A stretch of 63,668 bases of DNA, counting the filler, from Reclinomonas americana ATCC 50394 (taxonomy: Eukaryota): assembly GCA_048213135.1 (NCBI GenBank). It is 16 parts of 16 records of this genome, joined end to end, with 100 filler letters (N's around TTAATTAATTAA, not from the genome) between each part and the next. Parts side by side here need not be neighbours in the genome. Positions count along the whole stretch, not along the records: positions 29,950 to 38,328 come from AFZH01021642.1; positions 38,429 to 46,407 come from AFZH01021643.1; positions 46,508 to 51,079 come from AFZH01021644.1; positions 51,180 to 57,997 come from AFZH01021645.1; 12 more parts are not named here. One strand, 5' to 3'. Within the stretch, counting starts at the first letter, position 1. Every line of letters begins with the position of its first letter. Both the position numbers and the translations under genes were made by a program. Below, piece after piece: positions 38,259 to 51,864 of the stretch. The notes beneath the pieces are model-generated. The model saw only the letters and a list, made by a program, of their open reading frames with translations, was not told the DNA's origin and did not search any database.

Positions 38259-38889
38259 GTTTGGCACGCAGACAGACACCACCACTCCATGCGTGGCTGC
38301 TTCCATTAAGAGTTCTCACACTCATCTTNNNNNNNNNNNNNNNNNNNNNNNNNNNNNNNNNNNNNNNNNNNNTTAATTAATTAANNNNNNNNNNNNNNNN
38401 NNNNNNNNNNNNNNNNNNNNNNNNNNNNGAAGAAGAGTGTTGCAGTGAGCGCAGCCGAAGGGAGGGAGGATGAAGAGGGGAGTGGTGGGCATTAGATGAT
38501 GCCGATGACCTGAACTGGTGGTGGTGGTGTTTTTTATACGTCCCCTTCTCCTTTTTTTTGCTGAGGCCGCGATATTTGTGCAGAAAACATCTCTTTTTCT
38601 ATTTTGCCTACCTGTCTGGTACCGTTCTGCTTTTGTGTTTCTTCTTCTTCTTCATTTGTCTTCTTTCCGCCGTTCCCCCTTCGTCTTCTGCTTGTGCTCC
38701 TTATGCTGTATACATTTTGTCTATCTCTTTTTCGTCTTCGTCTTGCTTGCATGTTTCGTGCGGATTCCAGGGTCGTCGAACTGCTGGGCGGCGTCGCGTG
38801 GTCTTCCGATGTTTGTGTTTGATCCCTGTTTGCTTGCCACTGATTCATCTGTAAAATCCGGGGAAGAATGCCACACTGCGCGCGTACAT

Positions 38890-40297
38890 TTATCGCTTCT
38901 TGATGCATTTTAGTGAGCCGTCGTCTCCGCATTTCCACGCCGACACGCTGCCCTCAAAGTGCGCCGCGTAAAAGTCGGCCGTGCTGCAATTGCAGACGAT
39001 TGTCAGCCTCCGGCATACTTCAAAGACGTATGCACGGACAGTGTCCGTCTCACCTGTCGGTCGACGCCGGAGCCACCCACGTTGTATTGCCGTCGGTAGC
39101 GGTGTCGGCCACCGACATGCACTCTCCCGTCTGCAAGTTCCACCGCCGAATCGAGTGATCGTTGCCACAGCTGATGAGTCTGCGTGTTTTCCGACACTCA
39201 GCACCAGCAACAACACTCCGTCTCCGATGTATCGGTGCGGCAAGGCGACGCAACTCTTGTTGTGAGGAACCGACCAAGCAGACGCTGTTTACGGCCTGTG
39301 TGTGACCTCGCAGCATGCGAACCATGGATTTCGTGGACCGCCGATCCCATATCTGCCGCGCACCACAGTTTGTCTTTGTCTCTCTCTCACACACACAAGC
39401 ATCCCTCATACCCGGCCACTCACCCGTATCTCGCACGAATCGCCATCAAACCCATTGCTGCCGGTGACAAACGTGTGGCCATCGTCGGTGACCGCAATGC
39501 AGGTGGCAAACTGCACGTATCCGCCGTAATCGCGCACCATGTCCAGCGTGCGCGTATCCCACTCACGAACACGCAGATCCTCCGCCGTCTGCAGCACCAT
39601 CGACGGCTCCGCCGGCACCGGCGCCATCGATCGCACCAAGTTCAGCGGCAGCTCGTTCTGTCGCAACAGCGCCTGCGTCTCCACATCCCACACACACAGT
39701 CGCGCATCGCGCGATCCCGACATCACATGCGTGTCGCCATCGCACAGCACCGCGTCGTTGACAGAGGCGCGATGCGGACCCGTCATACGACAGGCCTCCT
39801 TCATCTCGGGATCCGCTCGTCGCCATCCTCGCACAGACCGATCGCGACTGGCACTAAACACCATTTGCAATCGCGTCGAGAAGCGAACCTGTGATCGCCG
39901 CATCGAGTGAGCCCTCCTCGTGCAGCACAACCGTTGAATGAAGTAGAAGAAACACGCGCACGAAACTCGATTGACATCACTGGTGTGACCGGCCCACTGT
40001 CGCACAATGTCGCCATCGACCCAGTCGTACATCATCACCATCTGCAACGCTCGTTCAGCATGAGGGAGAGAAGAGTGTGTGTGTGTATGAGCGTTGCATG
40101 CACACCTTATCCGCGCCTCCACTGATGAGCGTCGATGGCGAGTCGCCCTGACACACACAGAGACACGGAAGACCACCAGCGTGCAGACGATCCGTTGCAG
40201 TGGCGTTGGAGGGAGACAACTGACCGTTTTCATCGCCACCAAGGCCACTGTGACGCGGCGAGGGCGCAGACTGTTGACGATGCAGGCACTGACCCAT
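38890..40297 (-). CDS. WDR31: WD40-repeat protein, WDR31 orthologue, with an MGQC N-terminus (possible myristoylation/palmitoylation)
   Basis: FSASRDRSV, SGSRDARLCVWDVET, NLV..VPAEP..LQTAEDLRVREWD, DGHTFVTGSNGFDGDSCEIRIWD, GHTQAV follow the WDR31 pattern. Confidence 0.8.
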
Positions 40298-40489
40298 GGC
40301 TCTCACACTCCCTCACACGCTCACTCACAAGACGATCTTATCTCAACGACACACACGCAGGACGAACGCGATGCCACCTGCAAGCCACACACACGCACTG
40401 GCGCTCTCAAAGTTAGCGAGTAGAGTGCTTGCTTGCTGCTCACACTTGAGCTTTTTCTTGAGGAACGGCGATGGCGACGGTGGCAAGTC

Positions 40490-41278
40490 ATGAACGACGG
40501 AAGGTGTGTGTCCTGTGAGCAGTTTCGTTGTCGCGATGCGTCGTGTTTGTGAGCCGGTGTGCTCGTGCTGCTGCTGCACTGACAGTGATGGGTGCATGAC
40601 ATATGGTCGCGCTGCGTTGACGTATGTAGCTGGCGCACTGGTTACGCACTTTTCTCCTCTTTCTCTCGCGCGCGTCTCTCACTCTCTCACGCGCAGTTTG
40701 CTGCTGGTTGGTGGTGGTGGCTGAATGCGTTCATCGCCTCTGCACTGGCCACCGCAAGTGACGCCTATCATGTGCCCTTTGTACATTGGCTGCCGGCGGT
40801 GGCGGCAACACTTGGTCTTCTCATGTTCGTTTTATTGTCTCTTTGCTGCTCTCTTTCTGTGTGCGTGACTTGGTGTGCGCGTGTGTCACAGGTTGAACTT
40901 GTTTGTACACAAGGGCGTCATCTGGACTGGTGACGACGCCGATCGAGCGCCCTTTGCGCGATTCTGGTTCCTCATCTCGCTGGTGGTCTCGTTCCTCAGC
41001 GTCTTCTTTGCAGGTGTGATGACTTGTGAGTGTGAGTGAGTGTGCAAGGTCTCTGTCTGACCACCTCTCTGCAGTGTACATCACGATCGATGTGTACTCG
41101 GCGGGCACGGGCGACAACAAGCCACCGTCGTCTGTCGGGGTGGCGCTCATTATGCAAAACATCTTGATTGTCATCAGGTGCGTGGCCTGTGACGAGGCAC
41201 AGCGTCGGTGAGCGAGCTCATGTGTGTACCTGCAGCGGCCTGGTGCTCTTCTATGCCAAGCCTGTGCCAGAGTGGTGA
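40490..41278 (+). CDS. Vps68/TMEM50 (UPF0220) small 4-TM protein
   Basis: Spliced product ..YVAGAL|FAAGWWWWLNA..FVHWLPAVAATLGLLM|LN..ARFWFLISLVVSFLS..GVALIMQNILIVI|SGLVLFY. The start is uncertain. Confidence 0.82.
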
Positions 41279-41376
41279 CGAGAATCTGCATGCGTGAACG
41301 GTGCTGTCGCTCGCGGGCGCCTGATCAACGGTGCGCGCGCGAAGAGAGATCACGGGCCCTGCTTCATTCTGCGGGT

Positions 41377-44300
41377 CTACATTACGTACAGACTGGCGGC
41401 GAAGACAATGTCGCGCTTCACCAGCGCACTCGTCTCCTCCATCTTGGTAAAGAGTGTCGTGTCGCCGACCACACGTGCAGCCTTTTTGATTTCACGACAA
41501 GTCTGGTCCAACTGGATGATGGAGCGCACAATCGTGCCCTCCTGAATGTCGGTGAGCTTGCAAATGTCGGCGAATGGCTGCGGGGGGACGCACACACTGT
41601 CAGTCGACAAAAACAACAAACCATCTACAGGAGAAACACAAACCGTGCCCTTGGCCCACTCGTATGCCACCTCCATGAGTCCAAAGCGCAGCGATTCACG
41701 GGCATAGTCCTCCGGATTGGTGTCGACTGTCGCGAAGAGTGAAACACTGTGATTTTGCACTTGTCGGCATTCGCCTACTCACCTCCGCATTCCTTCTGGA
41801 TCTGACCGAGCACCTTGGCCAAATCAATCAGACGGGCCTTGGCCTGCGCAATCATGTCATCAGTAGCAGCACACACACATCACATGCACCACGCCTTTGA
41901 CGCACCTCCTGCAGCGTCTCGGTCAGCGTCGGTTCGCCCGTCTCGCCCTTCTCCTGGCACACCAGGCACGACAACACAGAGGCGATCTCCGGCGGCTCCA
42001 GAGTCGTCAAGAAGTTTTCGAAGATCATTTCTGTCAGGATGAGCTCCTCGGCCGTGTTAAGCTCGGCCGCCACTCGACCCTTCAGATGCACGATGCGATC
42101 CTGATCCACATAGTTCATGCGCTGCAGCAGTCGCACGCGGCACTCGAATTCCTGCATCACGAACAACAACCGTCAGAGCTCACATCCATGCAGAAAGGCA
42201 GACGCATGCAGATACACACACACCGGCATCAGCTGCAAGTTGGCGTCCGATAGAGCATGCTGGATCTGTCCAATCTTTTGCTGCAGTCGCTTGCGCTTGC
42301 TCATGCCCGTGTACTGCTCCGGCAGCTTCGGGCACTGTGAACACTTGGAGGTGCGCAACAGCGATGCCAGGCTGTTGCGCTGCGTGAACAGCTCCGAAAA
42401 GTCCATGTCCGTGATCTTGTAGTCCTGCATCGCACACACGCTCTCTCAACACCACCACCGATCTTCCACAGATAGACAGAGCGACATCCCCCGCCACTGA
42501 CCTTGACGGGATGGAATGCCGGCACACCCTCCTCACCGGCCTGCGCCCACATCTCCGCCAGTTCATTCGCCACACGCACAATGTCTGCTCGGCGCGGCTC
42601 AAAGTCCTCGCCCGACGCGTGCTTGATGCGCTGCTTGGTGATCGACACGATGCTGGCAAACGGCAGTGCCTCCAGCAATCCGCGTTCTTCCGGCGGTCGG
42701 ATTTGCACCGTAGAATAGTGCGGCAGGCCGCACAGCGTCGGCTGCGGGGGTAGGGATGTCAGAGCACAGCAAGTGGAAAAAACAAACAGTATCAAGACGC
42801 ACCGCCAATAGGTCCACGGGCTGATACGGCCGCAGCCACACGGCGACAAACTTTTCTGGCGGCGCCGCCGACGATGACGGCAAACTCATGCCGGTGGATG
42901 ACAGAGAAATGCCGGCAGCACGTGCGACGCGCGAGTGAAGAATGCAGGCCAGCGTGAGGCCGCACTCCATCGAGCGCGCCACCACCACACGCCCAGGCGT
43001 CAACTGCTGCAGGGCGCTCTTGCCACGCAGCGCCGTCGCACGCAACTGCTCGTCCATGTTCACAAATGGCTGTGACACAAGATAGGATGAGAACGGAGAG
43101 CAGTGGTACGGGAGACATTTTGATCAATGGACGCAACAGCATGCAGCTCGTAGAAATTGTCAATGTCGGGCTCGCCAAAGATGCAGTCCACGTCGCTCAT
43201 GGTGTGCAAAATCTCCTGTCCACGCCGCAAAATGTCTTGCGAGTCCGGCGCCAGACGCTGCACGTGGAACTCGCCAAAGCTGCGCTTGATCATGTCCTCA
43301 ACACGGAAGTCCTCCACACGCAACAAGTTGAGAATCATGTTGTACGTGAGGCGGAACTGACTCTCCAGCTTTTGCGCACGTCCGAGGATCATGCGTGTAA
43401 TGGTGGCGGACTCTGGTACCTGTAAGCGCGGTGAGCTCCGCGCATGAAGGCAGCATGCCCTTTTGCACAAAAAAAGACAAACCTCTGTCCAGCAGCCGAT
43501 GATGACCGTGCCGACTGTGTCGAGTCCACGACGACCGGCACGACCACTCATCTGAATGTACTCGCCCGCCTGCAGATCGCGGTGCTGGCGACCGTCGTGT
43601 TTCCGCAGCGAGTTGAAGACGACAGTGCGCGTCGGCATGTTGACGCCCATGGCAAACGTTTCGGTGGCGTACAGCACCTTGACGAGGCCACGCGAGAACA
43701 AAATCTCCACAATCTCCTTCACGATCGGCAACAGACCGGCGTGATGCACACCGAGGCCACGTCGCAGCAGGTCGCGCATGCGCACAATCTGCGGCAGCTC
43801 GCGGTCCGGCGCACGCAAGCGACTCACACTCGTGTCGATAATATGAGTGATTTCGCTCTTCTCCGCACCCGTCGTCAAATTGATGGCGGTCAGCGAGTTC
43901 GCAATGGCCTCGCATCGCTTGCGCGAAAACGTGAAGACGACCACCGGCATCAGCTCCCGTTTCTGCAAAAAGTTGACCATCTGAATCCACTCGTTGCTGC
44001 AGGTAACAAAATCACGCAGCGGTGAGCACTGTGTGCCAAGCACAGCACAACAGACAACTCCCCGCGTAGCAATCACCGTTCAGTCTGCTCCTTGGCTGCG
44101 CCGCTGCCGGTGCGCAGAGCCGACGACTTGGCCTCGCGGTCGTGGAAATACTTGCTGGCGTCGCGGTAGCCCTGCAGTTGGAACGCGCCGGCGTGGTCGA
44201 CGACCTTGAATGTTTGGCCCTTGACGTACAGGTAGTGTTCGAGAGGCACCGGTCGACGGTTGGTGCCCACCACGAAAATGTTCTTCTTTTTCGTGCGACC

Positions 44301-46407
44301 CACCCAGTCGGCAAACTGCAATGCAAGACGCAGAAACATGAGTCGGCATGCAAGGGGAGAAGGAAAGGAAGCTAGCCAGCGCACCTCAAATGCGTTGGGC
44401 ACCGTGGCCGAGAGCATGACAATGTTGATGTGCGGCGGCAGCATGATAATGACCTCCTCCCACACGACGCCACGGTCCTGGTCGTTGACGTAGTGCACCT
44501 CGTCGAAAATGACCCACTCGACATCGCGCACCATGTCAGCGCCGCGGTACAGCATGGAGCGCAAAATCTCGGTCGTCATGATGACACAGGCTCCAGTCGG
44601 GTTGATCTGCACGTCGCCCGTGAGAATACCTGCACCGTCGTCGTCGTCGGCGAGAGATGTTAGATGTATGTGCTGACGCGCGGCACATCAATGCAACCAA
44701 GGTACGCACCGACATCGCCAAAGCGGTTCTTAAAGTCGCGGAACTTTTGGTTCGACAGCGTCTTGATGGGCGACGTGTAAATGGCCTTGGTCATGTGCTT
44801 CTGCGACAGCGCAATGGCGTACTCGGCGACCACCGTCTTGCCGGCCGATGTGTGCGCCGCCACAAACACCGACTCGCCGTTCTCCATGTGGTACACGGCC
44901 TCCTTCTGGAACCAATCGAGCTCGAACGGGAACTCCATGGCCATGTTGGGCACCAGCGTGCGGAAGTGCGTCTGCGAGAGGGGGAGAAGGGGAGTGATGA
45001 GGATGCAACGAAAAATGGAGTCTTCCTCTGTTCTGCCTCACCATGTCCATGCGCTCCATGACGGCCCACGTCTTCCTCTCCGAGTCTTGCTTGCCGTCGC
45101 CCGACCCGCCACCGGCGATCGCGGCAGCCTTCTCGCGCATCTCTTGCTGGCGCTTGAGACGCGCCAGATCCGACACCTCCGTCACCGCGAAAATGTCGTC
45201 GATGGACACGCCGGCCGAGGGCGCTTCCCTGAAATCCAACACCTCCGCATCCTCCGGCAGCAGCGGTGCGGCAGCTGAGGCGCCTCCAGCGCGACGTGAA
45301 CCCGAGGCCACCGACAGAGCACCGCTGGCCACGGCACGCGGTTGACGCACGGGCAGAGTGCGGGCGTCGAGTTCGGGGTCGCGAGGAGCCACAAAGCCAG
45401 GATCACGGAGGCCCAGTTCGATGAGTTCTTGCTCCGCGCCGCTGGCAAAAATCTGTGGGAAATCCCGTCAATGAGTCAATAGAGAAGGGTGACGCCAAAC
45501 GGGAAGCGCACGCACATCATCCAACGTGATTTGCACGCTTTGCACTGTGCGGGTTGCAAGCACAGTTGAGCGCCCATACACCATTACTTCACCCCTACAT
45601 AAACACGTATACACGCAACCTGGCGGCTCGACAGCATCCCCTCGCTTGCCAGGTGCCGGAACCGCGCCACTGCGAATGGCGTCGAGGTACTGGCGCAGCA
45701 TGCTGGACTTGTTGGAACCGATGGACAGCAACTCGGTGGTCGCCGGTGCCGCCGACCGCGCACTCAAGTCGATTCCCTCGCTCCATCCATGCGGCGTACT
45801 CAGCAGCGACGCGCCACCGCCATTCAACGCGTCAATGAACACACGCGCATCGGCAAGCTCCTGCTCCGTCGGCGGTGGCGGAGGCTCCTTGTCAATGCCG
45901 CCCGGCTGGAACGGTCGAATGCCGCTGCCGCCCGTCACAAACGAGTCCAGTGAGCTGTACGGCCGGTGCAGCGACGACGCATCATCCTTGTCGATCTCCA
46001 CCTGAGCCAGCTGCATGTTCAAAACAGAAGAAGACGCAACGTTTTCGCGATGCGAGAGACAACACACCAGCTTGGGTCCACGCAGCTCGCCTGTGAGCTC
46101 ATTGCGGTCGACATCGATCTGCAGCAAGTGCGGCGTCGACTTGACCTTTAACAGTGTGTCGCTGTGCATGGACAACGAGGTCAGCAGCAGCACAAGAGAG
46201 AGACAGAGAAGAGCCAAACTCAACAGCGCCAAATCGCGCGGAATGGCCGGCTGATAGCTGTTCCCCGCGGGAAACATCACCGGGCTCAACACATCACGCA
46301 AGTGCGCCGCCGGCAACACACTCTCACACAGTTGCGTGGTCAGGTCCTCACTCACAGCAAACTCAGGCTCATGCTGCGACCAAAACACAATCAACACAAT
46401 GCACACA
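41377..46407 (-). CDS. SKI2: SKI2 DExH RNA helicase (exosome cofactor), copy A, apparently intact; first exon lost in the gap
   Basis: Ski2_[65 protein letters not shown]; arch; [29 protein letters not shown]. Confidence 0.95.
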
Positions 46408-46558
46408 NNNNNNNNNNNNNNNNNNNNNNNNNNNNNNNNNNNNNNNNNNNNTTAATTAATTAANNNNNNNNNNNNNNNNNNNNNNNNNNNNNNNNNNNNN
46501 NNNNNNNTTGCAAGCAACACGCAAGCAGAGGACAGAGGACGACTTCGTGGAACAAAGA

Positions 46559-47337
46559 ATGCGACGCGCGTGGCATCGCAGTGCGCACTGTGGCTGGGTG
46601 AGCTCACTGGCGACCACACGCGACAGTCAGTTGCTTGTCTCTGGTGGCGGTGGCGAGGACACTGTGCGCGTGTGGAGTGTGGCCAGTGGCGAGCAAACGC
46701 ATGCGTTTCACACACCGCACACGGGCACTCTGTGCGTGGCAGTGTCGCCCGACAGTCAGCGCGTGGTCGCGGGGTGTGGCGACTGTGCTGTGCGAGTGTG
46801 GTCGTTGCCTCTCCTCACGGAGAAGCCGCGAGTGCTGGTGGGGCATAGTGCGTCGGTGCATGGCGTGGCGGTGACGGAAGATGGACTGCGTGTGGTCTCT
46901 GGAGGCGCGGATGCTGCTGTGTGTGTGTGGCTGCTGGCCAGTGGTGAGCTGCTGTGTCGATATGCCAGTCGTGCGGGTGTGCGATGCGTGGCGGTCAGTC
47001 CCGACAGTCGATTCGTGGTCAGTGGTGGAGGTGGTGGCTGTGTGGCGGTGCACTCGCTGGTCGATGGCGAGGTGCGGTGGTTTGAGGGGCACACGGACAC
47101 GGTGCGATCGGTGGCGGTGACTCGCGATGGGCGGTTCGTGGTGAGCGGAGGCAGCGATTGCACGGTGCGAGTGTGGTCGGTGGCGAGTGGGCGGCTGGAG
47201 CGACTGTTCGCGCGGCACACGGATGGCGTGCGATCGGTGGCGATCTCGGCCGATGGGCATCACGTGTTGAGCAGCAGTCGGAGCAAGACGACGCGATTGT
47301 GGGCGTTGGCGACGGGAGGTGGAGTGCTTGGTGGATC
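46559..47337 (+). pseudogene. Intronless WD40 gene, copy 1, 3'-truncated at GTGGATC with a 5-nt deletion near 47315
   Basis: WD repeats GHSASVHGVAVT and GHTDTVRSVAVT. It diverges from the intact copy (58434) after GTGGATC. Confidence 0.75.
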
Positions 47338-47722
47338 TGTGTTGCCGTCACAGCTTGGCGAAGAAGCTGGAGTTAAATTAAAGGCGCCAAGAACGACAAT
47401 GTTGACCCGCCAGTTCACAAACCCGATGCCGTGGCTTCATTGATTACTGCGTGACTACTTTGTATGTGATGCAGTGCGATGGCATAAAGGCTCGTGGGAG
47501 GGAAAGGGAGAGGAAGCAAGGGCGTTCCAAGGTTGCTGACACCTATCTCGTGGCATTGTCGTGAGCCAGTCGACTGGAGGAGTGCTTGAAACAGCGAACG
47601 GGTAAAATAGAGAGAAAAGACGAACCAACGACAAACTCCAAACCGAGAGACGCCACAGCCTCGCGCCGCACGCGTAAGCGACTGTCCGGCGATCTCAATC
47701 CTTCCTCAGGGCAAAGGCAACA

Positions 47723-48733
47723 TCACCGCCCTCTCCGTCGCTTGCCGCATATCTTCACGGGCTGCAGCCCCTCTCCACAATTCGGACACCGCTTCTGGTT
47801 TCGCCCACGCGAATCATCCTCGCTGCAACTGGTGCATGCTACACGCTTGCACGCGCTGCATGTACCGGCAATCTTGCCAAGCGAGCAGTCCTTGCAGTAA
47901 TGCTCCGAGCATTGTTGGCACACTGCCATCGACCGCGCACACTCGTCGTTGCCGCAGACCATCAGCGAGCAGCTGTCGCACTGAATCCACGTCGACACGT
48001 GCTCGTGCGCGGGCACGCAGTGCTTCTTACATCTGATTTTCTCGCACACATTGCACTGCACCAGCAGGCCCATGCACAACAGCTTCCATTCCACAGCTGT
48101 GCCACGTGGGTCTTTAGCAAGACACTGGCGGCACACGCGCAGAAAGCGACATAAACGTTCTCCGCGTTCGACGTCACCAGGGCACCCAGCGGGTCCACCC
48201 TCCACCATGTCGGCGACCGTCTTGGGCTCTTTCATGCCACACAAAACGCATCTGATGCGTGATTGCGAGAAAAGCAAACGAGCTCTCGGCTCGCACAGCC
48301 GACGGCAGGCGGTGGAGACGCGCAAGAGAGTGACCAAGCCGGTCATGTCGATATACGGCAGCAAGTGACGCAGCAGAACATCGTCCGGGAGGAGTGCAAG
48401 CCGGCCCAAATTGCGGGAAGCGCCAGCCCCCGCGGCCGTGGTGGTAATGGCTGCACCTGAGGGGACAGCCGTGCCAACGATAGGGTTGTCGTTGGGGAGA
48501 GGAGCAAGCTGGTCCATGATGTGAGGTGCGTCAGTGTCGGCAGGCGCAGTGGTGGCCAAAGAATTCAACGACGTCGGGTCGTCCGTGATGCCCGTGGGTG
48601 TGGCGATGAGGAGGACTGACACGTCACATGGGTCACGAGGGGCGCCGATGCCGGCGGCCGCAGAGGCGGCGGTAGTACATGAGGAGTCGGCCGTGTCAAC
48701 GACAGAAGGGTTGTCGTTTGGGAGGACTGACAT
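47723..48733 (-). CDS. Intronless F-box plus Cys-rich (multi-CxxC zinc-binding) protein
   Basis: F-box LALLPDDVLLRHLLPYIDMTGLVTLLRVSTACRRLC, followed by many CxxC pairs and a basic tail GKRRRGR. The N-terminus has PNDNP repeats. Confidence 0.75.
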   Translation of the reverse strand: MSVLPNDNPSVVDTADSSCTTAASAAAGIGAPRDPCDVSVLLIATPTGITDDPTSLNSLATTAPADTDAPHIMDQLAPLPNDNPIVGTAVPSGAAITTTAAGAGASRNLGRLALLPDDVLLRHLLPYIDMTGLVTLLRVSTACRRLCEPRARLLFSQSRIRCVLCGMKEPKTVADMVEGGPAGCPGDVERGERLCRFLRVCRQCLAKDPRGTAVEWKLLCMGLLVQCNVCEKIRCKKHCVPAHEHVSTWIQCDSCSLMVCGNDECARSMAVCQQCSEHYCKDCSLGKIAGTCSACKRVACTSCSEDDSRGRNQKRCPNCGEGLQPVKICGKRRRGR

Positions 48734-48941
48734 GTCGAGTGTCGGCGTCGCAGGGGGCGCCGCTGACTGGCGGTGGCGGAATGTGAGGGGTCGGCCGTGA
48801 CGACGATGATGAGAGTCAAACACACAGTATGCGTGAGTGCGCTTGGGTGCGTGTCTGCGCGGGAGCACAAGAGGTTTGCGTCGTCGACTGTGACAAAAAG
48901 CAAAATGGCGCGAGCGAGCGAACCGGACACCAATATTTGAC

Positions 48942-51018
48942 GCGTTGCAGCAGTCGCAAGTGGCGGCACTCGAATTCCTGCATCGCAAGCGACAACCGTC
49001 AGAGCCCACATCCACGCAGAAAGGCAGACGCATGCAGATACACACACACCGGCGTCAGCTGCAAGTTGGCGTCCGACAGAGCATGCTGGATCTGTCCAAT
49101 CTTTCTGCAGTCGCTTGCGCTTGCTCATGCGTGTACTGCTCCGGCAGCTTCGGGCACTGCGAACACTTGGAGGTGCGGAGGAGCGATGCCAGGCTGTTGC
49201 GCTGTGCGAACAGCTCCGAAAAATCCATGTCCGTGATCTTGTAGTCCTGCACCGCACACACTCTCTCTCAACACCACCACCGATCTTCCGTGTAGACAGC
49301 GCGACATCTCCGGCCACTCACCTTGACGGGATGGAATGCTGGCACACCCTCCTCACCGGCCTGCGCCCACATCTCCGCCAGTTCATTCGCCACACGCACA
49401 ATGTCTGCACGGCGCGGCTCAAAGTCCTCGCCCGACGCGTGCTTGATGCGCTGCTTAGTGATCGACACGATGCTGGCGAACGGCAGTGCCTCCAGCAATC
49501 CGCTCTCTTCCGGTGGTCGGATTTGCACCGTGGAATAGTGCGGCAGGCCGCACAGTGTCGGCTGCGGGAGTAGGGATGTCAGTGCACAGCCACTGGAAAA
49601 AACAAACAGTTTCTCAAGGCGCACCGCCAACAGGTCCACGGGCTGGTACGGCCGCAACCACACGGCGACAAACTTCTCCGGCGGCGCCGCCGATGACGAT
49701 GGCAAACTCATGCCGGTGGATGACAGAGAGATGCCGGCAGCACGTGCGACGCGCGAGTGAAGAATGCAGGCCAGCGTGAGGCCGCACTCCATCGAGCGCG
49801 CCACCACCACACGCCCCGGCGTCAACTGCTGCAGGGCGCTCTTGCCTCGCAGCGCCGTCGCACGCAACTGCTCGTCCATGTTCACAAATGGCTGTGACAC
49901 AAAAAAGGATGAGAACGGAGAGCAGCAGTGCAGCGGGAGACATCTTCAAGACTGCACGCAACAGCATGCAGCTCGTAGAAATTGTCAATGTCGGGCTCGC
50001 CAAAGATGCAGTCCACGTCGCTCATGGTGTGCAAAATCTCCTGTCCACGCCGCAAAATGTCTTGCGAGTCCTGAGCCAGGCGCTGCACGTGGAACTCGCC
50101 AAAACTGCGCTTGATCATGTCCTCGACACGGAAGTCCTCCACACGCAGCAAGTTGAGAATCATGTTGTATGTGAGGCGGAACTGACTCTCCAGCTTTTGC
50201 GCACGTCCAAGAATCATGCGCGTGATGGTGGCGGACTCTGGTACCTGTAAGCGCGGTGAGCTCCGTGCATGAAGGCAGCATGCCCTTTTGCACGAAAAAA
50301 GACAAACCTCTGTCCAGCAGCCGATGATGACCGTGCCGACTGTGTCGAGTCCATGACGACCGGCACGACCACTCACCTGAATGTACTCGCCCGCCTGCAG
50401 ATCGCGGTGCTGGCGACCGTCGTGTTTCCGCAGCGAGTTGAAGACGACAGTGCGCGTTGGCATGTTGACGCCCATGGCAAACGTCTCGGTGGCGTACAGC
50501 ACCTTGACGAGGCCGCGCGAGAACAAAATCTCCACAATCTCCTTCACGATCGGCAGCAGACCGGCGTGATGCACACCGAGGCCACGTCGCAGCAGGTCGC
50601 GCATGCGCACAATCTGCGGCAACTCGCGGTCCGGCGCACGCAAGCGACTCACACTCGTGTCGATAATGTGAGTGATTTCGCTCTTCTCCGCTCCCGTCGT
50701 CAAATTGATAGCGGTCAGCGAGTTCGCAATGGCCTCGCATCGCTTGCGCGAAAACGTGAAGACGACCACCGGCATCAGCTCCCGCTTCTGTAAGAAGTTG
50801 ACCATCTGAATCCACTCGTTGCTGCAGGAAACAAAATCACGCAGCGGTGAGCACTGTGTGCCAAGCACAGCACAACTGACAACTCTCCGCGTAGCAATCA
50901 CCGTTCAGTCTGCTCCTTGGCTGTGCCGTTGCCCAAGTGCGTCTTCCTCGCCCAGTGCCACATCCAGTGCTCGCAGCGCAGTGCTGCAGGCCTCACTGAT
51001 CACAGGCGACGCGTACAT
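48942..51018 (-). pseudogene. SKI2: SKI2 copy B: internal deletion of about 2.4 kb, frameshifts, 3'-truncated
   Basis: Exon 1 is joined out of frame to the [11 protein letters not shown] region at about 50935 (GTGCG microhomology). Motif VI is altered to QVSGRAGRHG. There are two 2-nt deletions near 49105-49130 and no DSHCT domain. Confidence 0.88.
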
Positions 51019-51179
51019 TGCGATCTACATTGCAAGCAACACGCAGACGGAGAGGACGCAGAGGACGACTGCAGGAAGGNNNNNNNNNNNNNNNNNNNNN
51101 NNNNNNNNNNNNNNNNNNNNNNNTTAATTAATTAANNNNNNNNNNNNNNNNNNNNNNNNNNNNNNNNNNNNNNNNNNNN

Positions 51180-51520
51180 AGTCGATTTGTGGTCAGTGGT
51201 GGAGGTGGTGGCTGTGTGGCGGTGCACTCGCTGGTCGATGGTGAGGTGCGGTGGTTTGAGGGGCACACGGACACGGTGCGATCGGTGGCGGTGACTCGCG
51301 ATGGGCGGTTCGTGGTGAGCGGAGGCAGCGATTGCACGGTGCGTGTGTGGTCGGTGGCGAGTGGGCGCGCGGCTGGAGCGGCTGTTTGCGCGGCACACGG
51401 ATGGCGTGCGATCGGTGGCGATCTCGGCCGATGGGCATCACGTGTTGAGCAGCAGTCGGAGCAAGACTACGCGATTGTGGGCGTTGGCGACGGGGGAGGA
51501 GGTGGAGTGCTTGGTGGATC
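51180..51520 (+). pseudogene. WD40 gene, copy 2 fragment, frameshifted and 3'-truncated at GTGGATC
   Basis: Near-identical to copies 1 and 3, with a 4-nt insertion near 51366 and the same breakpoint as copy 1. Confidence 0.8.
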
Positions 51521-51864
51521 TGTGTTGCCGTCGCAGCTTGCAATTGGCGAACAAGCTCGAGTTAATTTAAAGGTGCCAAGAACGACATTGCCCAGTTCAC
51601 AAACCCAATGTCGTGGCTTCATTCATTACTGTGTGACTACTTTGTATGTGCAGAAGTGCGATGGCATAAGGGCTCGTGGGAGGGAAAGGAAGAGAGGAAG
51701 GAAGGGCGTTCCAAGGTTGCTGATGTCGTGAGTCAGTCGACTGGAGGGAGTACCTTGAAACAGCGAAAGCGTAATATAGAGAGAAAAGAAACAACAAACT
51801 CCAACCCGAGAGATCTAGACACCACAGCTTCGCGCCGCATGCATGAGCGACTGTCAGGCGATCT

